DNA of 63,032 nucleotides, counting the filler, from Olpidium bornovanus S191 (lineage: Eukaryota; Fungi; Olpidiomycota): NCBI GenBank assembly GCA_017911155.1. It is 27 parts of 27 records of this genome, joined end to end, with 100 filler letters (N's around TTAATTAATTAA, not from the genome) between each part and the next. Parts side by side here need not be neighbours in the genome. Positions count along the whole stretch, not along the records: positions 1 to 2,476 come from JAEFCI010011966.1; positions 2,577 to 4,760 come from JAEFCI010002409.1; positions 4,861 to 6,143 come from JAEFCI010010035.1; positions 6,244 to 8,889 come from JAEFCI010002855.1; positions 8,990 to 11,414 come from JAEFCI010011739.1; positions 11,515 to 14,024 come from JAEFCI010007029.1; 21 more parts are not named here. One strand, given 5' to 3'. The number at the start of each line of letters is the position of its first letter. Within the stretch, counting starts at the first letter, position 1. Both the position numbers and the translations under genes were made by a program. The notes beneath the pieces were generated by a model, which did no database searches, was not told where the DNA came from, and saw nothing but the letters and a program-made list of their open reading frames with translations. This document shows positions 1 to 12,747 of this stretch, piece by piece.

Positions 1-975
1 AAAAAAAAAAAAAAAGAAAAGACAGGAAAAAAAAAAGAAAAGAAAGAGGTAGCTGGCGCAGCTTCAGAGCCAAACCCCTTCTCCCCCCTTGAGCCGCCGC
101 CGCCGTCTGCTGCGTGGCAATTCGTCTCGGCAACTGTGTACCGGAGGCTCAAGTTGTTCGAGCCGCGTGTCGCGCGTACGGTGGCCGAATGGCAAGGACG
201 TCAAAATGCTTCACTGCCGGATATCTATGAAGATTCCGGGTTTTATTCGATCTTTTTGTCCCCTCGTTAGCTCCCGCGTCATGCAACGATATGTTGGTCG
301 GGAAAGAGAAAACTTTTTTTTTCATCAAAAACAAAGCCAAAAATAAAAAAAAGCGTTCGCGGTCATTTTTCCCCTGCCTCCTTTTGTCGGAAAGAAGCAC
401 TGCGCCCCCTCTGATACGCCTCACCCGCATGCATTTACACACCCATGTTTCACCCCTGAAACTTAACCGTTTACCGGTGTTCTACTCTGAAACGCCCTCT
501 CTCTAAAAAGGCAGAGCTGAGCAGAAATAGAAGCTCTTCATAGCTCTTTCAGACCCCGAACTCAACACCTTGCCCCCCCCCTTCCATCCCCTCCCTTCCC
601 TTTCCTCCCCCATCACTGGGGTGGGTACCTGCGAGGGAGTGAGTCTAAGTGGACAAATTGAGAGATGTTCCTTTGTCTCTCCCCTCGGCGGTCGGAATTT
701 TTCCGAGAGTAGCGGGATTTTTTTTTTGTGCCCCCCCTTCTCCCGGGGGGGGGGCAAAAGTTTTTCGGGCCGCAAACCCCGCCGCAGGTTACTCTCCCGT
801 CGCATTTTCCGACTACCGAAAACTCTCGTTCCGCCGCCGCCCCGGGACCTTCTGTCCTCTGACCTGCTCACCAAATCGAGCAAACGCACTCCCCCCCCCC
901 CACCTCTTTCTCCCCTCAACCGTCAACACGCCCTGCAGCGATGGGGTCCCACGCGGCCGCGGTTCCGACGCTCGA

Positions 976-2420
976 TCACGGTTTGTTCTCCCTGATAACG
1001 CCGAGGAGACCGCAGAGGTCAGCCCACGACTTGTCGGCCTCCGCTGCGGCGGCGGCGGAGACGGCGGCCGGCAGGAGAGCGTCGTCGTGTTCGAGCCTGA
1101 ACCGCCAGGGAGCGCCGGCGACCGAAATCGCCGCACCGGGCTCCAGGCGAGCTTCCGTGTCGTCGATCCCTCGCAGGACGAGCCTGGCAGCCGGGAACGC
1201 CATCGTCGAGGAGGCGGAGGGTTTTGTGGACGCCGCCCCGGCCCCCACCTGCGCGCCGCCTGCCGCCGGGACGACAGCGACGACCAGCGAGGCGCCGTCG
1301 GCCGAGGGAGGGCGGTGCGCTCGTGGGGAGGCCGAGGCTCGGCGCCGCGCCTCGAAAATGCCAGACTCGGGCGTCTCCGCCGAAACTACCGCACGGGCCT
1401 CCTCATCCGCAGAGCACCTTCCAAGAGCTGTGCAGGCAGACGCCGCAGTATCCGGTACTTCCAGACGAGGTTCTATATCTTCCAACGTCACCTCCCTCGT
1501 TGAGTTGGACGCCTTGTGGCGCCGCCGCTTCGTGTCCCGATCCAGCAGGCCGGTCGAAAGTTCCGAGCGGGACAGGTCGGGCAGAGTGTAGAGGCTAGCA
1601 GCGCCACGGGGTCACGTCTTCACTTCTTCCGCCGCCCACACCTGACCCGATCGTCACGCGACTGTCGTTCCCAAAGCGGCGCCCTCAAAATTTGGCACAC
1701 AAAGACACACGGCTGACTTGAACGCGTGGACTCATTCAGAGCGCGAGTGTGCGGCTGAGGCGAACAACCACGGCGCCAGTCCGATGGCAGCCTTGGTGGC
1801 TTCGTGATTTCCGTGGCGTACGGCATAACGGGATCTCCGATTTCCACCGGTGTTTTGCGTAACAGTTGAAGAGACGGGCTGTTCATCGCAGGACAGGTCC
1901 CTTTGTGAAGCCTTCGTTGTTATTGAGGTCCTTCCAAGAGGGCCTTCTCCTGGCTTCCTGCAGCCAGACTTCAAGAGATGCCTTCCGTTTCCCGCCTCCT
2001 TCTTTGCGAGACTGCTGCGTCGGCCGGCAGCAACGGAAGCAGGGTGGGTAGGTAGGCCTCAGCAGCACTAGCACCAGCAGCAGTGTTGATAACCTAGGCA
2101 GCACAACAGCGGCGTTGACCTCACCAGGGCAGTGCGTAGCAGTCTCTTCTCGCCGTCTTGCATTGGCGTTCAACGCATCACATTCGCGAAAAACGAGACT
2201 GACACTGCAGAAGTACGGTCGGAACTGAAACATTGGGCAGCTCACCTAATGAAACGGAACAGAGTCCATTCACACGACATAGGTGGAATGACGACGGGAC
2301 GCAGGCGATTAGGTGTCAGCTGGAGAGGTGTGGAACTCACCTTGGTGACGCGCGGACTTGCCCAGGAATCAAGAAAGATCGTGAAAACTGAATGTTGAAT
2401 TTTTTCTGGGGTAAACGTGA
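976..2420 (-). CDS. Probable spliced gene fragment, product unassigned
   Basis: The minus frame is open from about 1610 to 976 (LYTLPDLSRSELSTGLLDRDTKRRRHK...DKSWADLCGLLGVIRENKP). Upstream there are exon-like pieces with a GTGAGT donor after FTIFLDSWASPRVTK. No recognisable family motif. Confidence 0.3.
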
Positions 2421-2476
2421 AGAAGTCATCTCTACGTTTCACCTCCAACCTGGAACGCTTTTGTCTTGGCCGCATG

Positions 2477-2576
2477 NNNNNNNNNNNNNNNNNNNNNNNN
2501 NNNNNNNNNNNNNNNNNNNNTTAATTAATTAANNNNNNNNNNNNNNNNNNNNNNNNNNNNNNNNNNNNNNNNNNNN
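2477..2576. other. Artificial contig linker N44-TTAATTAATTAA-N44 (first of 26)
   Basis: Identical 100-bp spacer with stops in all six frames, starting at 2477, 4761, 6144, 8890, 11415, 14025, 18241, 21856, 23309, 24930, 26234, 28198, 29796, 31051, 33231, 35329, 38704, 41278, 43076, 46411, 48656, 50229, 54230, 56815, 59306 and 61856. Confidence 0.99.
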
Positions 2577-4538
2577 CATCCGCTTGATCCTCTTTCGTTT
2601 TCTTTTTGGTGCGCTTCCTCTTCTTCGCATCTTCCCGGTTTCTTTTCTTCGGGAACGTCTGCTTGTAACACGAGAGCAGCTCCTAGAATACGGCGGGTCA
2701 GGCAAACATCAATTTGAACTCGGCACCACTCCGCGCGGCTTTCCCGCACGGACCATCCATCCCCACCTCTATCAGCGAGGTTGCCTCATCCGGCTCGGAC
2801 ATGAGCTGCAGAGCTGCATGCGAGAGCATGAGCTCGAACGCGCGGTGCTCCGCCCCGCTGCCGTCAGCGCTCGTCTTGCGGATCTCCTTACGCATCCTCT
2901 CGACGGCCTTGACGACCTTGGATCTCGCCACGGCGGCCTCCTCGCTGAGTGGCTTGATCAGCGTGAGCTCCTCCGGCCTGGACTCCAGTTCCAGAACGGT
3001 CCGCAGCGCCTTATAAGCCCAGAACTCGCCGTCAGCGGTTGCGCCCTGCTCTATGCTCCTCTTTCGCGGCCTCGCCTGAGAGCCCTGCTTGTCCTCCCCT
3101 TGGCCCCCGTCGTTGGGATTGACGGGCGGTATGGCCGACGAGAGATCGCCCAGCAAGCTCAGGAACCGCTCGCGACACATCGTTCGTGTCTTCTCGCTTA
3201 AAGGCGGATTAGGTGCCGGACCCGGGAAGACGTTCGTGTCCGTTTTCACTTTGAAGAACCCGTGCACGAGGAAGAAGCGGAGCACGCGCTGTAGCAAATC
3301 TTCGTCCTTGGTTAGGCTTTTGCTTCGCGTCATCGACAGAAGGCCCGACGCCGCGAAGGCGCGCGTCGCTTCCACATTTCCCCGGTCGTTCGAATTGTCC
3401 CTAATATATTAACCAGCGCAAGAACCGTGAGGAACACAAACAGCCAGCCCGCGCCCGTTTGCTTCTGTGCATACCGTTCCGCCTCGGTACCCAAGAAAAG
3501 AGCCATAAGGTAATCCGTATAATCGTTGAGCCCTTGGACATCCAGCATCGCCGTCAACGACTCTATCGTTTTCGTGTTGGTCTGCTTATCAAAGCTAACA
3601 GTGCAAGTTTTCCCGGTAAGCTGCATAAGCAAGGTAAGACCCGCGGCCTTGTTTGTTTCCGCAACCGTTAAAACCGTTTTAATCTGCAATCACCGTGACA
3701 TGTCAGCATTTTACCCAATGCCGAAAACAATTCGCTGGATTCCGCAGCCCATACAGCATGGTGTGCAGCCTTGTTGAGGTACATCTCATGAGACGCCAGC
3801 TGACTGGTAAGCGTCTTCACGAAATTCGGTGTGAACAGCCGCGGTGCCTCGGATTCCGGTAGCTGCGGGAGGAGCTTTTCGAACAGCTTGAAACCCCAGT
3901 ACTTGCGCTCGGGAGTGGCAGTCGGACTGAACAAGCCGTCTGCAGGCGAAGCAACCCGCGGTTAGGACATTTTGCGAACGAATGCTGCACCAGAGGCAAG
4001 ATCGCAGTTGTTTGGATGTGGCCTCATACCGTCCACGACCGTCCTCCACAGGTCGTGTAGGGTTATGTGCCCGCTGGCGATCTCCTTGACGCCGTTGGCT
4101 TGGTTGCCTTTTCTTTTCTTGCTCGGTTTCGTCTCCTCCATATGCTTCATGACAGCGGCGAAGACGACGTCCCAAACGCCGTGGAGCTGCGCAGACCATG
4201 AGCCGGAACCGGGCACCCCAGGATTCCCAGATTCGCGGAGCACGGTGGAAAGGCGTCGCAGGTTTGCCCGATGCAGCGGATCGCCGTGCTCCCATGTCGG
4301 CAGGTAGGTCGACAAGTTTTTATTCTGCGGTGGAATTCGTAGCGGTCAGAAAATCTGTTCCCGGCTCCAAACTATAGGATGTCGCCCAGCCGGAACTAGG
4401 CATTCACAGGTCCCTTACAGGGAAAAGTGCCCTCAGTCTTAGAGCAATTTCCAGATGCTCCGGCTCCTCGATTTCGCGCTCGAACACCCTCGGCAGAAAC
4501 CAGTCCACTGCCACCTCCGCGTAAGGCTGCCTCGTCAC
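2577..4538 (-). CDS. POL5: DNA polymerase phi / Pol5 / MYBBP1A family nucleolar protein (partial, multi-exon)
   Basis: Successive exons carry Pol5-family motifs: GSWSAQLHGVWDVVF, LWRTVVDG, ERKYWGFKLF..LFTPNFVKTL..YLNKAA, FDKQTNTKTIE, LRFFLVHGFF, CRERFLSLLGDLSS, DGEFWAY, AFELMLSHAALQL. Exons are separated by GT-AG introns. Confidence 0.85.
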
Positions 4539-4706
4539 CTATAACGAAGAAGGCAAACGGATGTTGACAAATTGATAACAATGAAGCGGGCGCACTATGC
4601 CCCGCCGCCTAGCAAAAAAAAAATTATGAAATCTCCAGCGGCGACAGGAAGGCAGCGCGCGCCGCCAGCAAACGAACAGACTCCCGAAATCGCCAGCGAC
4701 GAATTT

Positions 4707-4760
<54 letters not shown>

Positions 4761-4874
4761 NNNNNNNNNNNNNNNNNNNNNNNNNNNNNNNNNNNNNNNN
4801 NNNNTTAATTAATTAANNNNNNNNNNNNNNNNNNNNNNNNNNNNNNNNNNNNNNNNNNNNAAAAAAAAACAAAA

Positions 4875-4938
<64 letters not shown>

Positions 4939-5606
4939 CGGCCTCGGGGCGCACCCGGGAACCGCCCTCTCCCTTCAAGCACTCCGCCTCCCGCCTTCCG
5001 AAGCCGCAAAACCGGGGGCCCCGTACTTACTACGCCTCGGACGCCCGCACGTTTACCGGCGCAGTTTCGAAAACCCCGGAATAACCGTGTGCCGCTCCCC
5101 ATTGCCGCCACGACACGCGCCACACGCACACACCGGACGGAGCTGAAAGCCGGCGAGGCTGTGCCCGTTGGGCTTGAGGAAAGGGGCTCTGCAGAACGAG
5201 AGAAAGCTTGGGTCGCGTCGGGTGGCGAGTTGCGGTTGGGGGGGGGGGGGGCCTCTCTTTACGCGCGCGCGCGCGTGTAAAACCTCCGCCGCAGCGTTAT
5301 TTTGCATCTGACGCCTCCCGGAATGGCGCCAGAGAAGGCGCGCGGCGGGGGAGGGCCGGGAGACGCACCCGCCGACGGTGTCTGGTTTGCACCAATTATG
5401 GCCCGATGTAAATGAAGTGCACACAACGCAGTGCAGACAGGGGTCGCAGTGCGCTGTGCGTGAAACCCCGCTTCCCCTCCACAACCCGCTCGGCCCAGCC
5501 CCCCGCCACAGTCCCGCTCTCGGCAGCGAGAAAACAGAAACAAAAACTCCGGCCTTCGTCCCTCAACCCGGACCCAGACGATGGGGTCAGACGACTAGCT
5601 TTGGGA

Positions 5607-5650
<44 letters not shown>

Positions 5651-6077
5651 AAAAAGGGGGCGCACTGCATCCCCAGCGGCGTGTCCAGGGCCAAGCCGCC
5701 CGGCGGACGACGATAACCTCGGGGACCCCGTCCGCCGTCCGCGCCGAGCCGAGCCGCCGGCGCCCAGTCGGGTGGGTCCTCCTCCCCGGGCATTCCCCCA
5801 TGCCTCGGTCTACCTGCGACGCGGCCGCCACGAGGGGGCAACCGAAGTGCGGCGGCTCCAGAGTTCCGTTGCCGATCCACAAGATCACGGTGTCGCATTG
5901 CGTCGGTTCGAGCGCCGGCCGACGGAATCCGTCGGTAGGGTCTCCCCATCCCCCTCTTCCCCCTCTTCGTACGCGGGTCTCGCGAGGGGAGGAACACCGG
6001 CTTTCCTCGGCTGCGAAAGAAAAAAGCCAAAAACCAAAAACCAAAAAAAAAAAAAAAACGAAAAAAAAACCACTCAC

Positions 6078-6143
6078 TCTTGGTACACCTCTACTATGTC
6101 GCCCGGCTGGATCGTTATCTCGTCGTTGAGCGTCGGCGTGTAC
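6078..6143 (-). CDS. SH3-domain exon fragment
   Basis: YTPTLNDEITIQPGDIVEVYQ followed by a GTGAGT donor (6077-6072). Matches the SH3 pattern Y...DEL...GD.I.V. Cut by the contig end. Confidence 0.6.
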
Positions 6144-6409
6144 NNNNNNNNNNNNNNNNNNNNNNNNNNNNNNNNNNNNNNNNNNNNTTAATTAATTAAN
6201 NNNNNNNNNNNNNNNNNNNNNNNNNNNNNNNNNNNNNNNNNNNCATGGCCGGGTCTTTTGGCCCGCGAGGGCGGGACTTGCCCCGCGTGGGCGGTTCTTG
6301 CCCCGCGGTGGCGGGACTTGCCCCGCGTGGGAGGTTCTTTGGCCCTGTGGCGGGAGCGGGTGGCGCCGGCGGGCGGTGCGGCGGCGGGAGCGGGCGGTGC
6401 GGCGTCCGC

Positions 6410-8111
6410 ACATCGCAGATGATGGCAAGAGCTTTATTTTTTTGTGTGTGGATACTTCAGCTCCGCAGGCGTCAACCTTCGGCTGGCGAAAGCGACTGGG
6501 TGGAACAGCCATCGTCACCTGCTTGACAGAGAACGGCGCCCAACCCTTAGTCGCTGGCATCCGTTTGCAGGGTGAATTTGAAGTTGCGCGTGAAGTCTGG
6601 GAGCCGCAGGACTGGTGGCGTCGTCATGAGCCATTTTAGCTCGTTAAAGGCCTGTTGCTGCGGCTCGTCCCAATGCCAAGGGACTGATGGCTTAACGAGG
6701 TCCTGGATAGGAGCCGCGATACGGGTGTAGCTTGGGATGAACTGGTGGTAGTGGCCGGTCATGCACAGAAACGTGCGAACACCAGATACGTCGCGTGGCA
6801 GTGGGTAGTCCAGAATCACTCTCTCTGTTGTCGGATTGGGTTTCAAATCCTCTGGCGTTATGAGGTATCCGAGGTAGAGGAGCTTTGTACAGCAGAAGAA
6901 GCATTTCGACGGTTTCAATTTAAGACCGGCTTCTAAAATTCGTTCAAAGACAAGGCGCAGGTCGCGCATTTGCGTGTCAAAGATGAGTGAGAAAACGAAG
7001 ACGTCGTCGAGGTACACCAGGCACCACTGCCATTTGAGGCCGGCGAGGACAGTGTCCATCATGCGCTGAAATGTTGCTGGTGCTGTGGTTAGGCCAAAAG
7101 GCATGCAGGTCCATTTGAAAAGGCCTTGATGCATTACGAAGGCCGTTTTTGGTGCATCTTCCGGTGCAAGCGGCACTTGCCAGTAGCCCGAAAGCATGTC
7201 GAAGGCAGAAAGGAAGCAGGCACCATTGAGGGCATCAACGATGTCGTCAATGCGGGGCAGCGGGTACACGTCTTTGCATGTGACCTTGTTAAGTTCGCGA
7301 TAGTCAACGCAGAAGCGAATACCACTGTCTTTCTTGGCTGCAGTAAAAAAAAACCACGGGGGCAGCCCATGGGAAGCGGCTTGGTCGGACGAAACCGGCC
7401 TTGAGCATACATGTGGTTTCTTCTTCCACAAGTCTACGCTTGGCCGGGGCCTGTGTGCGAGGTGGAAAGGAGATGCGTTAAGCATCCCCAGTTTTGACTT
7501 GGTAGACGGCAACGGCCGGGTCCACTTGACCAGAGTTTCTGTTTGCAGAGAAGAGGCCTTGGCCTGCATGGCGCGGAGGAGGTCGGTCAGCTCGTTGAGC
7601 TGGGGGTCTGAGATGTCATCGATGCCGCATCCAACGTTAAGGTCAGGAGAAATGCTGGACCAGTTGACACCAGGCCGTGCAGCAGCCATGTCGGCACTTT
7701 TCCAATCTTTTGGAATTTTATCATTCAGAAGGGACTCCTTCGTGGGCGCGTAGGTTGCAACGGTGGCGACGTCAAGCGTCATGGGAGCAGTTCCCTCCAC
7801 GGGCTGCACAGGAGGTGCGGGGGATGAGGTGTTGGGAGGGGCTGTTTTGTCAAAGAAGTTGAAATCGAGTTGGACTATGCTCCATTCCGTTTCGTTGGCG
7901 GGTGCGTACGTGCCAACTGCTTGTCCACGGCGGATTCTGGGTGCGGTTTTGGACAGGTTTGCGAGGTTTACCAGGGCAAGACCCTTCTCCACGCGGGCCA
8001 CGCCTTTCATGACGTCGACGGCAGCGCTGGAGGAAAGGCTTTCAATGAAGACCTCGGAGGTGTCTTCAGGGAGTTCGACGTCCAGGAAAACAGCAGACAA
8101 AGGGGGGAGGA
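6410..8111 (-). mobile_element. Degenerate Ty3/Gypsy pol (spacer, RT, start of RNase H)
   Basis: RFCVDYRELN, YPLPRIDD, FDMLSGYWQV, MPFGLTTAPATFQRMMD, VYLDD (7003-7014), LLYLGY and FTLQTDASD*GLGAVL. Compensating frameshifts near 7350-7520 and in-frame stops. Confidence 0.95.
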
Positions 8112-8644
8112 TGTCACAGGCGTGCTACTCTAGTCACGTGCCGGGCCACTAGACGCACCAAGGTGCGCCTACACCGTGGGGTGGGCCCCGCTCCCATCAC
8201 ATGACCCACATGGGCCCGCCCACACAGGGGGGCCCGCACGCTCGATGCCCGCATGGGGAACTGTTCCTCCATGAAACTGTCTCCGCGCGGAACCCCACAC
8301 GGCGCGCCGTGCCCATGCCCGGCACGCGCCGCCTGGAGTGCCCCACATGGCATGCACATTCCCGGCCCGCCCATGCCGTACATGCCCCGTCCGGAGCATC
8401 CCACATGACGCGCCCCGCACGACAAGCCCACACACGATGAGGGTGCGGCTGTGCTCACACCCGCGCGGCGTGTATATAAGGCGTGTCTCCGCGTTCTAGA
8501 ATGTGGACTCAATAGTCGAACATAGTTCCCAGATCCAGAGCGCACAGACCCCGAACTCGATCCCAAACCCGACTCACACAAGTCTCTAGATAAATCCGTC
8601 CCTCGATAGCACTGCTTGTGCATGACGTAAATAGACTTGTTACA
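8112..8644 (+). mobile_element. 5' LTR (533 bp) of a second LTR retroelement, opposite in orientation to the Gypsy pol
   Basis: TGTCAC...GTTACA inverted termini, TATATAA at 8473-8479, and an immediately following PBS-like TGGTATCAACGCG (8645-8657). A gag-like start MTYTPELAG... follows near 8714 and runs to the contig end. Confidence 0.75.
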
Positions 8645-8989
8645 TGGTATCAACGCGCATCGATCTCGGACAATAAAAAGCAAAAAAAAACTCCTTTACC
8701 CCGAACACAAAGAATGACGTACACTCCTGAGTTAGCTGGCGTCCACGGCAATACACTGCAGAGGGTAACCCCAGAGATCACCGAATACTTCTCCCGGCTT
8801 GCCGCGCAGCAGATAGAAGTGCTGCGCGCTAAACTGCAGGCTGTGCGAGAAGAGGCCCTTGCCCCGCGCGAGAAGCCATCAGAGCAGGANNNNNNNNNNN
8901 NNNNNNNNNNNNNNNNNNNNNNNNNNNNNNNNNTTAATTAATTAANNNNNNNNNNNNNNNNNNNNNNNNNNNNNNNNNNNNNNNNNNNN

Positions 8990-9215
8990 CCTTGGGCGAC
9001 GGAGCTTGCTCGGTACTTTGTCGAAGATACCGTCCGGCGGAGGTTACGTTTTTGAACACCCATCATCCGCACAGGATGCGACGATTCAGCCGCTGGAATA
9101 GCTCCCCATGCTGGACAGCTGCAAAGAGCGTTGATTTCTAATTTCATTGCTTGTCGCCAACTTTCTACGTCGTCGCTGTCAATGGCTTCTTGATAGGAGT
9201 GTGGTTCCAGGTGCG
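8990..9215 (-). mobile_element. Ty1/Copia reverse transcriptase N-terminal fragment
   Basis: EPHSYQEAIDSDDVESWRQAMKLEINAL...W...KYRASSVAQG matches the Copia EP.SY.EA..W..AM..E..L and YKARLVAQG pattern. Degenerate. Confidence 0.8.
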
Positions 9216-9989
9216 GGGGCGCCCCTGCCGCTACCGCAAAGGGCTTGCTTGACGAGCGGGGCAACAGTGCGGTCTGCTGGTACGCGCCACGCACGCTGCG
9301 CAGCGCACGGGCCGGCGAAAACCCGCAGCGGCCGACGCGGCAAGGGAAAACGGAACATCATTGATTTTCTTCTACTTCGGGGGGAGGCGGTGCTGTTTTA
9401 TCGATCATGCGTTCGGATTAAGCCCTCCTCCGCCTTCGTGCGGTCGGGAGCATGTCGGGAGGCGAGGCAAACCGGAGAAGAGCGGGAACCGGGAGGTGCA
9501 GGTTTCGCGATGCGTCCGGCGCGCAGTGCGAGCATTCGAAGGGGACGGCCACGGCGGGACAAGGATTGTTTCTGCCGTCCCTGACGAGTGAAGATTCGTG
9601 GCTACCCGACGCGCTTGGTTGTGCGTTTCGGTTTGCACCTGGCAGTGTGGGGAGGGGCGAAGGGGCGGCGGCCCACAGCGAGGGGATGTGAGGGGGAGTG
9701 GGTGAGGGGGGCGGGCCCTTTTGCTGGCAGGGCGTACGCCGTGGCGTCCGAGGGCGATGATCCGACGGCCCAGGAAGAGGTCCAACGTAGCGCGGTATTC
9801 AGCAGCCGATTCCGGCAAACGGCCCCGTTTTCCGAGTCGCCTGTAGGCGCTGCAGCGACTTCCTCCACCCTCTCGCAAATCTGATGATTGTGAGAGATAT
9901 GGCGGGAAGTTTGGGTTCACGCTTCCCTGACCGGGGGACTCGCTGGAAGGACAAATCTGACGCGATCCGAGAAGTGGAGCAGGTCACTC

Positions 9990-10830
9990 GGAATGTACCG
10001 GGAGTTTTTTTCCGAGCAGGTGCAAACAAACCGCTGGTAACAAGTTGTGCGTTGCCCTTGTCGTGGACATCAGGCCCCGCCGTGCTTCGTGTTCGGCATC
10101 GAAGGAGTACGCAAGGCCGCGGAGGAATCAGACGCCTGCCACGCTCTGCTGGAGAGCGATTGCTGTAGTGCCGTGGATCTCTCTTCACTCCAACCTAGCG
10201 GCGGTTCCGGAAAAAAAAAAGCGACGAGGGGCCCCCCCCCCACGTCGCAACCGCTCCGTTCCTCCTCCCGGCCTGAAGTTTCGCTTGGCTGTAATTTTAA
10301 GTCTTGGGCGACTCGCTCGCAATTGGGGCGCCCGATCTCGCCGTGCGTTCGACGGGCCGGCGTAACGGTGGGGTGGGCTTTTGTTTCGCGCGTGGCCCTC
10401 TTAGGCCGAAAGAGATCACTCCGCCGCCCTCAGACACCAAAAAAAAAAAGAGCCCGACTTACCCAAACGCTCGCCTCCGCCGCCGAATGCGTCGCCAAGT
10501 TGATCCCGCCGGTCGCCGCGGAGAAAAAAAAAAGAAGAAAATAAAAATAAAATTAAAAAAGAAGAAACAAAAGCGTGGCTGGGCGCGCACTCCCCTTCTC
10601 TTCGGCTGCCTTTCCCCACTCTCACCCCCGCCCCCGCGCTTGCCGAAACAATTCGAAAATTCTTTTCTTTGGCCCTTGCGTAGCTCAACAACAAAATATC
10701 GTCTCACCTGTTGTTGCGTCCACGCACAACGACAAATAATGCCTTTTAGCAGATGTTTTTATTAGCGTGGTTGTGTTTGAACGCAACGAAGGAACCATGA
10801 ACTTTCCGGCAGTAGCGTTTATTAGTAATG
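9990..10830 (-). CDS. Possible spliced gene fragment, unassigned
   Basis: Exon-like pieces end at GTGAGA (about 10708) and GTAAGT (about 10462) donors: TTLIKTSAKRHYLSLCVDATT and GINLATHSAAEASVW. No confident family. Confidence 0.2.
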
Positions 10831-11341
10831 CTACATCAATCGATATCCATCGTCACCTCTGCTGCCTCCGCTGCACCGTCTGTCACGCACACGTCATCCG
10901 CAGAATCCGTCTGGCCCCCGATCAAGCGCGGTCGTCGCGAAGAGAGAGGTCTTGGGCACGCTTTTGCGGCGCAACGCGCTCGGTCGCCAGACCGCATGGT
11001 TCACAATGCTCTTGCGGCGCACCACGCGCTCGCCTGCCTGACCGTCCGGTACATAATGTCCTTGCGAACCGTGAGAGCGCCTTGAGCTGCGTGTCACACG
11101 ACCGCCAATGTGCCGCGGTGTTGAGGCCGTTCCGTGCTCCAACCTCGGGGTAGGCCGGCCCGTGGCCAATGCGCAATCCCGGTTTCCCGCCCAGCACGCG
11201 AGCGGCATTTGGGAGGGAAAGTTGCAAGTTTCGCCGAGAAGAGAAGCAGAGCCGCCCCCGCCCCGCCCCCCGCGCACTGAAAAAAGCCGCCTCACCCTTT
11301 TTGCCCCGCCCGCCCGCTTCCCCTGCCAACGCCCGCCCCCG

Positions 11342-11378
<37 letters not shown>

Positions 11379-11514
11379 CCCGCCCGGCCCCCCCCGCCCG
11401 CCCACCGCCGCCCCNNNNNNNNNNNNNNNNNNNNNNNNNNNNNNNNNNNNNNNNNNNNTTAATTAATTAANNNNNNNNNNNNNNNNNNNNNNNNNNNNNN
11501 NNNNNNNNNNNNNN

Positions 11515-12035
11515 CATGGATGGCGCAACTCTCGGTATGGGGCTCGATACTGACGGTGTTCGCCTTCACCATTATATACGGCGAGTTTCAGGATTCCCCG
11601 CTCGCCGGGACCGCCGTCGCGCTGTTCAGATCGGTCGATTTCTGGCTGTTTCTTGGCTGCGGGCTCGTCGTCTGCCTCCTCCCGCGCTACACCTTCCTGT
11701 TCGCCAAGCGGAAGTTGCGCCCAGCCGACGACGACATCGTCCGCGAAATACAGCAGCTTCCGAAACCCCGCCCGAACCGCCGGGAGGCCGCGGCCTCGGA
11801 AAGGGACGAAGCCGGCTCCGGCCCGGCCGCCGGCGAATTCGACGAGGACCGCTACTTCGAAGTCGCGCAGGACGCCGCCGCCGCCGCCGGCGACGGCAAA
11901 CCGCCGGACGGCGCGGCGAAATCTGATCCCGCACGGCCGCCGGAGGCCAAAAATCCGCAGCCGAGACATCGCGCCTCGTCCGGGTCCGAGCGAAGAGTGC
12001 ACCCGTATCTCGCCATGTGTTTTTGGCATTGGTAG
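11515..12035 (+). CDS. P4-type ATPase (phospholipid flippase, Dnf/Drs2 family), C-terminal part
   Basis: LSVWGSILTVF..., FWLFLGCGLVVCLLPRY and RPADDDIVREIQ correspond to the last transmembrane helices and the P.D.DI.RE tail of P4-ATPases. Confidence 0.75.
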
Positions 12036-12694
12036 TGACAATCGATTTGACACCGTCTGACGGGTTGCGTTTTGTCTCCTGGCGCGCCATCCGCCCACTT
12101 TTCGAGGTGGTGTCGTGGGCTTCCCTGCGTGCCGGAGGCCGAACAAAAATCCAGTTTTGTTTATTTTTTTTTGTTGTTGTTTTTTTTGGCATTGAGAGTG
12201 AAAATTTGATGATGCAAGGCCGTCAGACAGCTGCCTTGCTTTCGGAAGTGCTGACGGCCATCTCTGGGAAACATCGGCCTGCGTGCGTCTGGGCCTGATC
12301 GAAGCTTTGTATCCGTTATCTGGCCAAGGTCTTTTGGCGTTTGTTTTGAAAGTTTCGTCTGGCGTAACCAACCATTTTCGCTACTTAACGGGATCTGCGT
12401 AGCAGTTTAAAGGGAACGCGACGCTTGTCCCCATATCTTTAACAGACCGCCTCTGTGTCGAGCTATCAATGTCATACAGCCTGCCTCCTGGCAGCTGGCG
12501 AATTTCGCACGTGGTTTGGCATCTGTGTTGGATATCGATCCAACGCGGTCTGGCAAGCTGCACTGCTATCCGGAGCGCGAGGCTGTCAGAACCCTATGTA
12601 TTAGAGTGGGAGACAGTGCGTGTGTGTGGCAGTCAGCCGGGTCCTACTGTGCACTACCGGGTGGCCGGATTCCCAGGTCTAACCACCAAAACAA

Positions 12695-12747
12695 TGTTGG
12701 AATGGCTTCGCAGGGCGAGCCAGACACCTGGTGAATAGGGCAGATAG
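12695..12747 (+). mobile_element. 5'-portion (53 bp) of the tRNA-containing TRIM LTR, truncated by another LTR
   Basis: TGTTGGAATGGCTTCGCAGGGCGAGCCAGACACCTGGTGAATAGGGCAGATAG differs at only 2 of 53 positions from the start of the LTR at 52210. Confidence 0.85.

Noticed and set aside
2521-2532. TTAATTAATTAA repeated 26 times at irregular spacing, superficially like an array or regulatory motif
   Set aside because: It is always centred in exactly 44+44 Ns, so it is an artificial six-frame stop linker. ORFs that start or end in it are artefacts.
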